From NCBI GenBank assembly GCA_951406725.2, contig OX597831.1:45136001-45200000 (forward strand): 64,000 nt of DNA, in the 5' to 3' direction. Made by a program: the position numbers and the translations under genes. The notes below the pieces were generated by a model. The model ran no database searches. It saw nothing but the letters and a program-made list of their open reading frames with translations, and was not told the DNA's origin. This DNA comes from Octopus vulgaris (lineage: Eukaryota). This document shows positions 25,898 through 39,304 of this stretch, in pieces; within the stretch, counting starts at the first letter, position 1; every line of letters begins with the position of its first letter.

Positions 25898-26260
25898 TCC
25901 TTCATTATTATCATCATCATCATCATCATCATCACCATCATCATTGTTCACCATCTTTACCATCAGCATCTCCATCAACACCATCCTCCATGCCAGTTTC
26001 CGCCCACTTTTCCAGCAACACCACCTTTGCCATCGTCCTTATTGCCATTGTCATCGCCATCATTATCATCATCATCATCGTCATCATCACCATTGTTTAT
26101 CATCATCACCATCATCATCACACCAATCTGCACCCTCTTTGCCATAAACACCACTGCCACCACTGCAAAAACTACCCCAATTCATCATCATCATCATCAC
26201 TACCACCATCATCATCACCACCACCACCACCATCATCATCACCACCACCACCACCACCAT
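25845..26260. repeat. (CAT)n/(CAC)n low-complexity tract
   Basis: Direct reading. Confidence 0.95.
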
Positions 26261-26467
26261 CTTTGTTACAACCTTCATCAGGAGCAGACTGAGAGTATTA
26301 AGGGCCCTTGGGCATAACTGTTTACCAGGCTTCTTTGAATGTGTGTTTTAGTAGAGTTAACATGTAGAGTGCAGGCCCCTCAGAGCTCCAGGCCATGGCC
26401 AGTTGACCAGCAGCTCAGTCTACCCCTGACCTTTATCATCGCCATTATCAGCATTATCTCCAAACAG

Positions 26468-26952
26468 TTTCTTATTTCTTTACTGCCCACAAGGGGCTAA
26501 ACATAGAGGGGACAAACTAGTATAGACAAAGGGATTAAGTCATTTGCATCGATCCCAGTGCGTAACTGGTACTTATTTAATCGACCCTGAAAGGATGAAA
26601 GGCAAAGTTGACCTCGGCAGAATTTGAACTCAGAATGTAACAGCAGAGACGAAATACTGCTAGGCATTATCACCTGGCGTGTTAATGTTTCTGCCAGCTC
26701 ACCGCCTTAAACAGTTTCTTATTTCTTTACTGCCCACAAGGAGCTACACACAGAGTGGACAAACAAGGACAGACAAACGGATTAAGTCGATTATATCGAC
26801 CCCAGTGTGTAACTGGTACTTATTTAATCGACCCCGAAAGGATGAAAGGCAAAGTCGACCTCGGCAGAATTTGAACTCAGAACGTAGCGGCAGACAAAAT
26901 ACTCTAAGCATTTCACTCGGCGTACTAACGTTGCTGCCAGCTCACCACCTTA
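26468..26952 (-). mobile_element. Head-to-tail SINE B dimer
   Basis: Two full units; AAACAGTTTC at about 26462 and 26709, and AAACTGTTTC at about 26952. Confidence 0.88.
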
Positions 26953-27491
26953 AACTGTTTCTGTCTCCAGACAGTTTCTGTTAGACCAAAATCACACACA
27001 CATGACATAAATCAACCCAGGACTACATCAGAAGATTTTCCTCTAAGTGCTGCACAGCAGGCCTGAACTTGAAACTGTTTGGTTGAGAAACAAACTGCTT
27101 AAGCACATAGCTATGTGAAATTCAGAACCTTTTGACTATGTCTGTGCCCTACTTAGATAATGTTTTATAATCTTGCAGTTGAATTTACTCTTCGTCTTCC
27201 TCTGGTCAAAGTATAAAAAAAATATATGTACTGTTATAATTATGTATCGGTATGTGTGTGTGTGTGTTTGCACATAGCTGGAGGACTGGCAGAATTGTTA
27301 ACATGCCAGGCAAAATGCTTAGCGACATTTCACAGGTCCTTATGCTCTGAGTTCAATGCCACCGGGGTCCACTTTGCCTTCCATCCTTTCAGGGTTGATA
27401 AACTAAGTACCAGTTGAGCACTGGGGTCAATGAAATCAATTAGGCTCCCCTACCCCAAAATTTCAGGTATTGTGCCTATAGTAGAAAGGAG

Positions 27492-27529
<38 letters not shown>

Positions 27530-27542
<13 letters not shown>

Positions 27543-28025
27543 AATAAAATAGAACATATGCATATATATAAACATATATGTACGTACCTACCTCTACATG
27601 TACATATACACGCATATATGTGTACAGGACACCAAAAAGACGTCGAACACATAGAGAGACGAAAAACATAGACACAAACCAAGGAACAGGACAAGCAAAA
27701 AAAAAAAAGGGATACAGGACAATTAGCACAACGAAAAATCCCCTTCTTCAGTCGCTAAGGTTTCATCTACTCTACGTTTCGAAGGATAAAAGCGAGACGT
27801 ATCTTCGAAGAAACTTCCTTCCTGCGAAAAGCAAATCAATAAAAATTCTGAGATCTTTTCGCAGAGGGTAAAAAATGGTAAAAAAAAGCAAGACGGTAAC
27901 GACAGTACAAACATATAAACATTAAAAAAATATATATAAATAGTGGAAAAATAAATATATAACAGTGAGAGACAGGACAAGGAGAACAAGATAAGAAGGG
28001 CTGTTTACGCCAGACGAAAAAAAGT
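27530..28025 (-). mobile_element. (TA)n-embedded unclassified element with internal hairpins
   Basis: Bounded by (TA)n on both sides; internal inverted repeat CTGCGAAAAG/CTTTTCGCAG; contains GAAACGTA and CTGAAGA words. Confidence 0.5.
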
Positions 28026-28054
28026 ATATGTATGTATATATATATATATATATG

Positions 28055-28085
<31 letters not shown>

Positions 28086-28101
28086 ATGTATATGTATATA
28101 T

Positions 28102-28135
<34 letters not shown>

Positions 28136-28166
28136 ATATGTATATGTATATATATATATGTATATG

Positions 28167-28236
<70 letters not shown>

Positions 28237-29181
28237 TTATTTGAGGGAATATAAATCCAAACTTACAGGGAAAAAAATTCAATTTAGAAATACTAAATCA
28301 AAGGTGGTTTTTTTCTAATTTTGTATATATATATATATTATAGAGAGAGAGAGTGAGTGAGAGATGTGTATGTGTGTGTGTGTGTGTGTATGCATGTCAT
28401 CATTGTCATTGCTTTAGAGTCCACTTTCCAATGCTCGCATGGCTTGGATGGAATTTGTTGAAGCAGATTTTCATTGGCTGGGTACCTTTCCTGTTGCCAA
28501 CACTCACCCGTTTCCAGTCGCCAGACAAGCTTCCAGAGAAAACTGGAAACAGACGACTCCGCTTGCATGACAGTGATATTCATTTTACAACTATCATACG
28601 AACTGCTCAGTTACAGGGGTGCGATCACAACAACACCAGTTGGCAAGAAGCTGAGGGTAAGACAAACACAGATGTGCACACACACACACACACATGCATA
28701 CACCCCCCACACACACACATATATACACAACAGGTTTCTTTTAGTTTCCGTTCAAAGCCTCCCTTGACCTCAAGTGGCCTGAACTCTTTACATGAACACC
28801 ACCCTGTACTTAACTCCATGTCCCCCTACATGGCCTTGCTATTTGCTTTTGAGCCAAATTAACTAACTAACTAACTAACTAACTAAATCCACTCACAAGT
28901 TTTTGATCGGCCCGAGACACCACAGTAGGAGACACTTGCCCAAGGTGTCATACAGTGGTACTGAACCCGGAACCATGTGGTTGGGAAGCAAGCTTCCTAC
29001 TAAACAGCCACACCCGCACCTACAAACTTAGAAAGAAAATTTCGAATGCAGTATAGTTGTGAAAACAGCAGAAAAAAAGAGAAAAGAAGTTAGCACCATC
29101 TTCCAAGGGTAAAATACCCAATCTTTCTAATGCTTCACATTTATACTGCATTTGAAATTTATTTTTTTGTCTGGAAGATAA

Positions 29182-29545
<364 letters not shown>

Positions 29546-29984
29546 GTACTGAAGCTGTTGATTCAGTAAATACAATCTCATGCTCTTTTGTGTCTAGAGG
29601 AGAGAATCTATTATTGTGAGTAGGAAGTAATTTAAATGCCGAGAATATTTTTTTCTATATTAAGTTTTAAGGAATTTGAGAGAAAAATATATATGGGACA
29701 GAGGGGTGGGGGACAGGGCTATGAGACTATTTGTAAAATACATTGTGCTGATGTGATTATATATCTGCGTATAAGTGTGTGAAGGTGACAATTTGTGTGC
29801 GTGTGTGTGTGTGTGTGGTATGTGAATATTTAAATATGTTTGTGTTTTTTTATGAATATATAAAATATATGTCTCTGAGCAAATATTAATGCCTATGAAT
29901 ACACAGACACATACACACACACACATACATGTCTGCACATACTCATGCATGCCCTCACACACTTATACGCACTTGCATTTACAC

Positions 29985-30585
29985 ACACACACACATTCAC
30001 ATGACAGCACACACACACGTTAACTTGCATACATATACACACACTCACACACCAACGCTTAAGGCTGCACATACACACATACACGTACACTTTCACACAC
30101 ATTTATACACACATACACTCACACATGTTTACACACACACACACGCACTCACATTCACATGACATCACATACACACGTTAACTCGCATACATATACACAC
30201 ACTCACACACCAACACTTAAGGCTGCACATACACACATACACGTACACTTTCACACACATTTATACACACATACGCTCACACACGTTTACACACACACAC
30301 ACGCGCACTCACATTCTCAAACACACACATACACCCCTCAACACACACACACACAATTCACACACACACACACACATTCACATGACAGCACATACACACG
30401 TTAACTCGCATACATATACACACACTCACACACCAACGCTTAAGGCTGCACATACACACATACACATACACTTTCACACACATTTATACACACATACACT
30501 CACACACGTTTACACACACACACACATGCACTCACATTCTCAAACACACACATACACCCCTCAACACACACACATACACACAAGC
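29985..30585 (+). repeat. CA-rich minisatellite, three units of about 160-225 bp
   Basis: CACATTCACATGACA...CACGTTAACT.GCATAC...CTTAAGGCTGCAC recurs at about 29992, 30150 and 30373. Confidence 0.9.
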
Positions 30586-31393
30586 ACACAATCACATACA
30601 AAATCATAATTCCTTTCTGGTCTCCCTCCTGCTTTTCCTCTGACATAATTCCATATCCTACTTCAGAGATTTTTATTCTTACCTGGTCGGTACCGCCTAA
30701 TAGGAGAGTCAGCTGCTTTGATATTTTCACATGACAGGAGGGGTCTGTCATTAACCAGTTATTAAACAATGTTCAGCCTTCATTACATGTATTGTGTCTC
30801 ACATTCCTGTCACTTGTAGATGCATGTATACTGTCACACAGTTTTCTCTATTATATCATTAATCACAAAGCTCTACTCTTCATTTTAAATGAATTTCCCA
30901 CACATGCACCCCTCAACACACACACATACACACACACATCACATACACACACACACACACACATATACACATACACACACACGCACACACTCACATATAC
31001 ATTTATGATTGTATATACATATTACAGTACATACTTTTACTTGTTTCAGTCATTTGACTGTGGCCATGCTGGAGCACCGCCTTTAGCCGAGCAAATCGAC
31101 CCCCAGGACTTTATTCTTTGTAAGCCTTAGTACTTATTCTATCGGTCACTTTTGCCGACCTGCTATGTTACAGGGACGTACCACACCAGCATTGGTTGTC
31201 AAGCGATGTTGGGGGGACAAACACAGACTCACAAACGTATCTAGGAGCACTCCGTCGCTTACGGCGACGAGGGTCTCAGCTGATATGATCAACGGAACAG
31301 CTTGCTCGTGAAATTAACGTGCAAGTGACTGAGCAATCCACAGACACGTCTACCCCTAACCACTAAGCCATGTTCCTTCAAATATATGCATGC

Positions 31394-31432
<39 letters not shown>

Positions 31433-31828
31433 TGAATGTATATATGTATGTATTCATGTATTTGTTTCTCAATGGTGTGTCAGTTTTGGGGAAGTTCTTG
31501 ATTCCTGGGTTATCTCTCCTTCTCATTTAGAGCTGGTGCCAAATTCCACCATGAAGAGATAGTTTCCTTGAATCAAATTTATGTTGTATGTTATTTAGTA
31601 TGGCTTTATTTGTTTTTGTTTTACAAATATATATACCACTTGCCACTCTGTAGTTATATCATTTAGATCGTTTTCCTTTCATTTATGCTAATTTTCATCT
31701 GCTGTACTAATGACACCTATTAAAGGCAAAACCAGGTATAAATACCTATCCTTTTCTCTTCCTATAATCTGGCTGTCTTTTCCTGAATGGCATATCAATT
31801 TTGGGGAATTCCTGATTCTTGAAATTAT

Positions 31829-32036
31829 ATACATTATTTACATTTGATGGATAATTGTCCTCATCTTTTTTGTTGTTAACACAATGTTTCAACTGATATA
31901 CCCTCCAGCTTTCATCAGGTGTCTTGAAGGCTGGAGGGTATATCAGCCGAAACATTGTATTAACAACGAACAAGATGAGGACAATTATCCGTCAAATGTA
32001 AATAATGTACATAATTCTTCATCTCTTAAATATAGA
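31829..32036. mobile_element. Fold-back hammerhead-bearing element, same family as 9231-9483, with 12-bp TSD
   Basis: Inverted arms; TCTTGAAATTAT at 31817-31828 and 32037-32048; - strand ACAC CTGATGA AAGCTG...CAGTT GAAAC ATT GTGT. Confidence 0.75.
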
Positions 32037-32146
32037 TCTTGAAATTATCTCCCCCTTTTTATTTGGAGATGATCCCTATTGCCACCAAGTGATTGTTCAA
32101 ACCTCTTTATGCTTATATAGCATTGCTTTTTTTTAAAAAATTTCTA

Positions 32147-32180
<34 letters not shown>

Positions 32181-32631
32181 GTTTAATGTATTGTATTAAA
32201 ACCATTCTATTTTTCAAATTTAAATTTTAAATTTAAACTTCTGTTTAAAAACCTCTCTAGAGAGATTTTTAACCAGAAGTTTTAAATGGAATATTTGAAA
32301 GATTTCTTTTTCAAGGAATTGTTTGACATTTTTAAGTATTTGTAAAAAAGATTTGAAAAGCATTTCAAAATATTTAGAAGATCTTTACCTATCCTTGCCA
32401 AAATGTTTTTTGCCCCACCTCTGCACCTTAAGAATTAGCTCTTAATCATTATTTTTTGATACTATATTAAAACTAGTTTTAAGTGGTATTTTGAGAAATT
32501 TTTTAATAATTATTTATACAATTATCTTTCGATAAAAATATCTTGTTAAAACACCTTATGAAACAATTCATCTCCATTTTAACACAATCAATGTCAAAAG
32601 AATCCACATCCAGATACACATTTAGAGATGA

Positions 32632-33001
32632 CTAGACTACCCACGACCCGTTGGGTCACTGGGAAACTGAGTTTTCCAGCAATGTTTTGTTTTGTGGGGT
32701 TTTTTCCCCAGGTTATTTTGCATGCTTTCAATGAATGCGACATCAAAAGGTTAGAGTTTCTTCCCTTTCAGGATGAAGTTAAATTTGGAACATTTTCCCA
32801 TTATGCATCGTTTTGGGTATTTATACCCCCAAATTCTGAATATCTCAATAACTACTGCTCTGATTTACTTGTTTCATTCTGTTTGTATTAATATTTCAGG
32901 GTAAAGTTAATTCATAGTATTTTCCCATTATGCTCCAGTTTAACTGGGTAACATTGCAAGCAAGCAAGCAAGATTGAAACTGATTTTTAATGTATTGTAG
33001 A
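32632..33001 (-). mobile_element. Non-autonomous Helitron-like element
   Basis: - strand A|TCTACAATAC, then hairpin CCCAGTGACCCAACGGGTCGTGGG, then CTAG|T. Confidence 0.6.
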
Positions 33002-33162
33002 TAACACATCCTAAACTGAAAGTTACCAATTTCAATGAAATTTACATCTAAATTTAATTTTGAAAATACATCTCAAAAAAAGAATTATTCGCACCATAAA
33101 AAAATAAATAAATGAACTCCTAATTGTTTATGAATTTATTTTGCAAGATTCCTGATGTGAAA

Positions 33163-35077
33163 TCATGCGTTGAAACAGATATTGTTATATTTCGGGGTGG
33201 TCATTTCTTTTTCTTGCTAATAAACACATGTGCTATATATTCGTTCTTCACTCATTTATTAATGCTCTTATTTTATCATATGTCCATTGTCTGGAAATCT
33301 TTCATTACACACCTGTGACTTCTTCAGTGACTCTTCTGTCCCATGTGTCTCCTCCTGTTCTGTTTTATCCATTCTGTTTTAATCAACAAAAAGAAAGAGA
33401 AAAAAGACTATATTTAAAATATATTCCAAAAATAATTACAAGCCTCCATACTACAAAAGTGAACTCACATTGTTATACATGAAAATCAGGACTTAACTAT
33501 TGCAAATTAAAACATTTTATACCTGTAAAGAAATATTCTTCATTATTCACTAAGAGATGCCTCATACCATTACACAAGCCCCCACCCATCACAAATGAAT
33601 TTCATTTAGTTTTGGGCAGATGCGACAGTATATTCTGCTAGCATTTCTCCTGTCAGTAGATCACACATTCACTTTATGCTGTCAAAGCCAGTAAAATATG
33701 AATTATGTTACATGAAAACAGATAAAGGAACATCTCACTGTAACAATATCTCAGTGTAATCTGTTTGTCTGATCTTAAGCTTGCATTATCTTAAAACAGA
33801 TATAAAAACAAATGAACAGTATATATGTATAGAGATACCTATCCATCTCATATACATATACATTCACACATACATACATACATATATATATATATTTTGC
33901 GCAGGAGTGGCTGTGTGGTAAGTAGCTTGCTAACCAACCACATGGTTTTGGGTTCAGTCCCACTGCGTGGCATCTTGGGCAAGTGTCTTCTGTTATAGCC
34001 CCGGGCCGACCAATGCCTTGTGAGTGGATTTGGTAGATGGAAACTGAAAGAAGTCTGTCGTATATATGTATATATATGTGTGTATGTGTGTGTTTGTGTG
34101 TCTGTGTTTGACCCCCTAGCATTGCTTGACAACCGATGCCGGTGTGTTTGCGTCCCCGTCACTTGGCGGTTCGGCAAAGGAGACCGAGAGAATAAGTACT
34201 GGGCTTACAAAGAATAAGTCCCGGGGTCGATTTGCTCAACTAAAGGCAGTGCTCCAGCATGGCCGCAGTCAAATGACTGAAACAAATAAAAGAGTAAAAG
34301 AGTATTCAACCATAGTGCATCGATACCTATGCACACATGCATGCACACACATATTGAACTTTAAAGTTACTGTCAATCTTTTACTTGTAAAAGTTGATAA
34401 ATATGTATATTCTACTAAAAGGTGTTGAATCATCCTTCAATATAACATTAAATTGTTTTTATAAATAAACATTAAACAACTATTAATGTGTGTGTGTGTG
34501 TGAGCTGGCAGTAGGGCAGCGAATTGGCAGAATCATTAGGATGCCGGGCAAAATGCTCAGTGGTATTTCATCTACCGTTACATTCTGAGTTCAAATTCCG
34601 CCGAGGTCGACTTTGCCTTTCATCCTTTCGGGGTTGCTTATGTAAGTACTAGTTACACACTGGGTCAATGTAATCGACTTAATCCCTTTGTCTGTCCTTG
34701 TTTGTCCCCTCTATGTTTAGCCCCCTGTGGGCAATAAAGAAATAAATATATATACATACATATATATGTGTGTGTGTGTGTGTGTGCACATATATATACA
34801 CACACATATACTTATATCTTTATGTGCATTATTTAAGTATTTAAGTATCTATGTATATGTATTTATACATATATTTTCACATGTGTGTGTGTATATATAT
34901 ATATATATATAAATGAAAAATGTATAAATAAACAACATAACATATACTGAATGTAAAAACGAATGGGAGGCAAGCAGAAAGTCCATAATTCTTCATCAGT
35001 TATCGACCAATGGAACTGTTCAGTTTGTTTATACATTTTTTCATGTATCAAGTAATGGAACGCAGCACACATCAAAT
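33163..35077 (-). CDS. Candidate 3' coding exons of an unidentified gene (35077-34948, 33373-33313, 33216-33163)
   Basis: AG/GT boundaries are phase-compatible and give ...LMCAAFHYLIHEKMYKQTEQFHWSITDEELWTFCLPPIRFYIQ-MDKTEQEETHGTEESLKKSQ-QEKEMTTPKYNNICFNA*, with AATAAA about 25 nt after the stop. No homology recognised. Confidence 0.3.
33899..34302 (+). mobile_element. SINE family A, full copy
   Basis: Family match. Confidence 0.9.
34510..34745 (+). mobile_element. SINE family B
   Basis: Family match. Confidence 0.85.
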
Positions 35078-35639
35078 CTATATTAACAAGTTTTATATAT
35101 ATATATTTACACAGAGAGAGAGAGAGAGAGAGACTCAGACAGACCAAGAGCTAGATAGATATGTTAGTATGCATGCATGTGTGTGTATACATATGTACAT
35201 GTATATATGTGTGAATATGTATTATGTATGTATACAACAACACTGGTAGCAGTCTTGTTGCCATGGTTGAGGACTCAAGTGAAATAATGTTGAGTTACAT
35301 CAGGATGACTGCCAAGGTGTTTAATGAAGGCTATAACCATGGTACCGGGAAAGAAGATGGATCAAGTGCTCCTAAATTATGTGAAGCTACTGACCTTACC
35401 ACATAAGTCACAAATATTAGAAGATTGACTAACAATCTCATGACCTACCATTCATTTGTCTACGCAAGGGTGAATACACTTATTGCTCACCAGGAAATAT
35501 ACTTGTGTTACTAAGTCCTTCTCCAGTGAAGAATGTACTACTCAACGTAGATTAGTTATTAGTCACCTACTGAATAATAGCTTCATTGACTTTGGAATAG
35601 AAGATATACAAAGCTCATTCTATTATATTTATGTTTGGT

Positions 35640-35795
35640 GAAGGTGCATGGCTTAGTGGTTAGGGCATTCAGCTCATGATTGTAAGGTCGTGAGTTCAAT
35701 TCCCAGCAATGTGTTGTGTCCTTGAGCAAGACACTTTATTTCACATTGCTCCAGTCCACTCAGCTGTCAAAAATGAGTTGTACCTGTATTTCAAT
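35640..35795 (+). mobile_element. SINE family C head (tRNA-derived)
   Basis: TGGCTTAGTGG A-box, GAGTTCAATTCC B-box, then TGTGTCCTTGAGCAAGACACTT. Confidence 0.7.
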
Positions 35796-36484
35796 TTTAA
35801 TAAGGCATTAAATGAAATAAAAATTGTTGCTACTGATATAGGAAGACAGTGATTTCACAGTCACTGGTATTGAATATGTAATTGTTATCTGCAATAGAAG
35901 CAGAATTAAATTAAAATAGTTATCTATCTATCATACTTAATGTAAATACATTTTGAAACAGCAAATTTACTATGATATTTGTTGAAAACATTTTGCCTTA
36001 GCATGTGTTTGTCAGTCAGTACTTGCTTCTGACGAAGCGCAACAAGATAGAAATGCACATCTAATATTGTTGCTGCTGCTGCTGCTATTTGTATTTTTAA
36101 ACACAGTACATAAATAATAGATATTATCTTCAGATAACTATCAACGTAACTTTGCTTTCTCACTATGTATTTACTTTAAGTATGATGCACAAATGGCTAT
36201 TTTAATCTAATACTGCTTTTCTGCATATAACAGACACACACACACACACACACACACTCACACATGCATATAGATATTTATTTATTTATTCAATAGATGG
36301 AAACTATTTGCAAGCCCATTGTGTGTGTGTGAGTATATAATGAAATAAGGTACTCATTAATTAATTAAAGGGATCTTTAGAAATGGTCGTAATGAATTGA
36401 TACCTGTCCTTCAGTTGGTACTTATATATACAGATAGATAGATAGATATATGTATGAATGTATATGCATATGAAATAGGTATTC

Positions 36485-36515
<31 letters not shown>

Positions 36516-36649
36516 CTTATGACATAGACCAGTGGTTTATAAACTAATTTTGTCACAGAATCATTTTATGGTTTTTCTAAAAATTGTGGGACTCATACCA
36601 ACATTTTACAATCAACTCCTGTCACGCTAATTTTAATAAGGCATTAAAT

Positions 36650-36853
36650 GTGACCTTGTGTGTACCGTTGGCGATTTTTTTTCCTCTGTCTTCCCTTCTC
36701 TGGATTTTTCCTTCTCCTATGTTTCCGACGAAGAGCTCCGCTCGAAACGTTAAACCCTCCTTCTTCCCTTCTTTCCTGAGCGTCCAATAATGCTATATTT
36801 GTTCCACATCCTCACATTGTTGTGTTTTTTTGTGTTTTCTTGTTTGGATTAAC
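36650..36853 (+). mobile_element. Short element ending at (TA)n with minimal hammerhead (U4C core)
   Basis: 36721-36755: GTTT CCGACGA A GAGC TCC GCTC GAAAC GTT AAAC. Confidence 0.7.
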
Positions 36854-37866
36854 TATATATATATATATATACATTGTTCATTTGTTTTTACACCTGTTTT
36901 ACATTAGTATATTAATATACATACTATACACCCAATATGTGAACTTGTTTAAGCATAATTTAAGGTGGTAAACCCTACCCACTAACCTTTAGGCCATGTG
37001 TCTTCACTTACATATATATATATTATATATATGTATGTATATATATATATATATATATAGCCAAAATTGCAAAGATAATCTGGAAAGAAAACTCCGAATG
37101 ACCATCCTTGTTTTTTCTTGCCCGTTTTGTATCATCTGTCTGGATGTTTTGTTGTCCCCTTTTTTTTCTGTATCATCTAACTGTCTGAATGTTTAGCGTT
37201 CTTGTCCCATTCTTCGTATTTCTGTATATATATATATATATATACATACATACATACATAAACATACGCACATACACTCACATACATGTGTACATAGTTA
37301 ATACTTAGTTAATAATACATGTCAAACCTCTAATTACAGTGAAATGATTATCTCAACTTATAATAGATACAAGTGAGTCTTTGTGTGTGTGTGTGTGTGT
37401 GCATGTGTGTGTGTATTTATATGCATATTTGTTATACAAATGTAGAAAAATAATTATCTCAATACATGTCATGGAAAATATTTATTCACCCAAACCTGAT
37501 GTTTCGTTCCATCACATCTCAGAGTTTGTTCACCTGAATGAACGCACTAACATGAGAAATACTGGAATGTCTTTGGCATGAATCATGTGAGTTTTGAATG
37601 AATATATCATCACCTGACATAAAGCCACCTCCTTCAGTATTTCCACTTCGGTTGAAGGAATCTTGTGTTCTCTGTTACTTGGTGACCTTACTGGTGCTGT
37701 TGCCACAGAAGAAGTACTCAGTACATCCTGTGAAGTAACTTTCGTTACCAACCCAGCTGAAACCAGCTCTGGCACTGAGTATAAATGTATTATTTTCTTA
37801 AGTTTTGGATTAAAATCTTCCACCAAACCTTAGTCATAATTTATGTTCCTAAAACTAAGTTAACTA

Positions 37867-38031
37867 TAGGCACAGGAGTGGCTGTGTGGTAAGTAGCTTG
37901 CTTTCCAACCACATGGTTCTGGGTTCAGTCTCACTGCATGGCACCTTGTGCAAGTGTCTTCTACTATAGCCTCAGGCCAACCAAACCCTTGTGAGTGGAT
38001 TTGGTAGACAGAATCTGAAAGAAGCCTGTCG

Positions 38032-38063
<32 letters not shown>

Positions 38064-38280
38064 TATATGTGTGTGTGTTTGTGTGTGTGTGTTTGTCCCC
38101 TTAACATTGCTTGACAACCGACGCTAGTGTGTTTACGTCCCCATAACTTAGCAGTTCGGCAAAAGAGACCGATACAATAAGTACTAGGCTCACAAAGAAT
38201 AAGTCCTGGGATCGATTTGCTTGACTAAAGGCGGTGCTCCAGCATGGCCGCAGTCAAATGACAGAAACAAGTAAAAGAGT
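37867..38280 (+). mobile_element. SINE family A, full copy
   Basis: Family match. Confidence 0.9.
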
Positions 38281-38853
38281 AAGTTATTTTACTAAATTCT
38301 TTGTTATATTTAAAGTAATTTAAAGAAACACAGGGCATCTCAAAATAAATACAGTAAGAAAAGGGTTAAGGTGGCAAACTAGTAGGGTTGTTAGCATGCC
38401 AGACAAAATGCTTAGCAGCATTTCTGCTAGCTTCAGGTTTTGAGTTCAGATGTCACCAAAATTGACTTTGCCATTCAGGGTCGATGAAATAAGCACTAGT
38501 TGTGCATTTCAGGCCTTGTACCTATGGCTGAAAGGATTAGGAAGAGCGTCCAGCTGTAGAAACTCTGCCAAAGCAGAAATCAAAGCTGGGTGCAATCCTC
38601 TCACTCACCACCTCCTGTCGAACCATCTAAGCCATATCAGTATGGAAGATGAGCATTAAATGATGATGATGCTGAATGTGCATGTATGTTTGTGCTTTAT
38701 GATTTTGCCTAGGCATAAAGATGGTACAAGCTATAATGTAATGCACAACCATTCAGCTCCGAGTGCAGAGCTTTTCATAGCAGAAACAATTGTAAACCTC
38801 TGAAGTTGATTATGTAACTGCAGTTCTAGAGCATTTGTATGTATGTGTGTGTA

Positions 38854-38884
<31 letters not shown>

Positions 38885-39126
38885 ATCATATGTATATGTA
38901 TATATACATGTATATGTATGTATATATTTATATATATAAATACACATACACATGTATATATATACACACACGCACATATATATATATACACATATATATG
39001 CATCAAACGTTATGCAATCATTCATCAGGGGGCAGAGAAAAAGAGAAGAAAAGGGGAAAACAGTCAAAGAGTTTACATCCTCTCAGCTTGAAAAACTGGC
39101 TGCAACTGATAATGGACACACACAAG

Positions 39127-39160
<34 letters not shown>

Positions 39161-39167
39161 TATATGG

Positions 39168-39217
<50 letters not shown>

Positions 39218-39234
39218 ATATAATTATATATATG

Positions 39235-39281
<47 letters not shown>

Positions 39282-39304
39282 TGTGTGTGTACATATATAT
39301 GTAT

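Noticed and set aside
25944-26317. His-rich ORFs
   Set aside because: (CAT/CAC)n low complexity.
30680-30770. Strong - strand donor CAG|GTAAGA
   Set aside because: Upstream frames are closed and no convincing acceptor was found.
35640-35710. tRNA gene
   Set aside because: No full cloverleaf; it continues into SINE body sequence.
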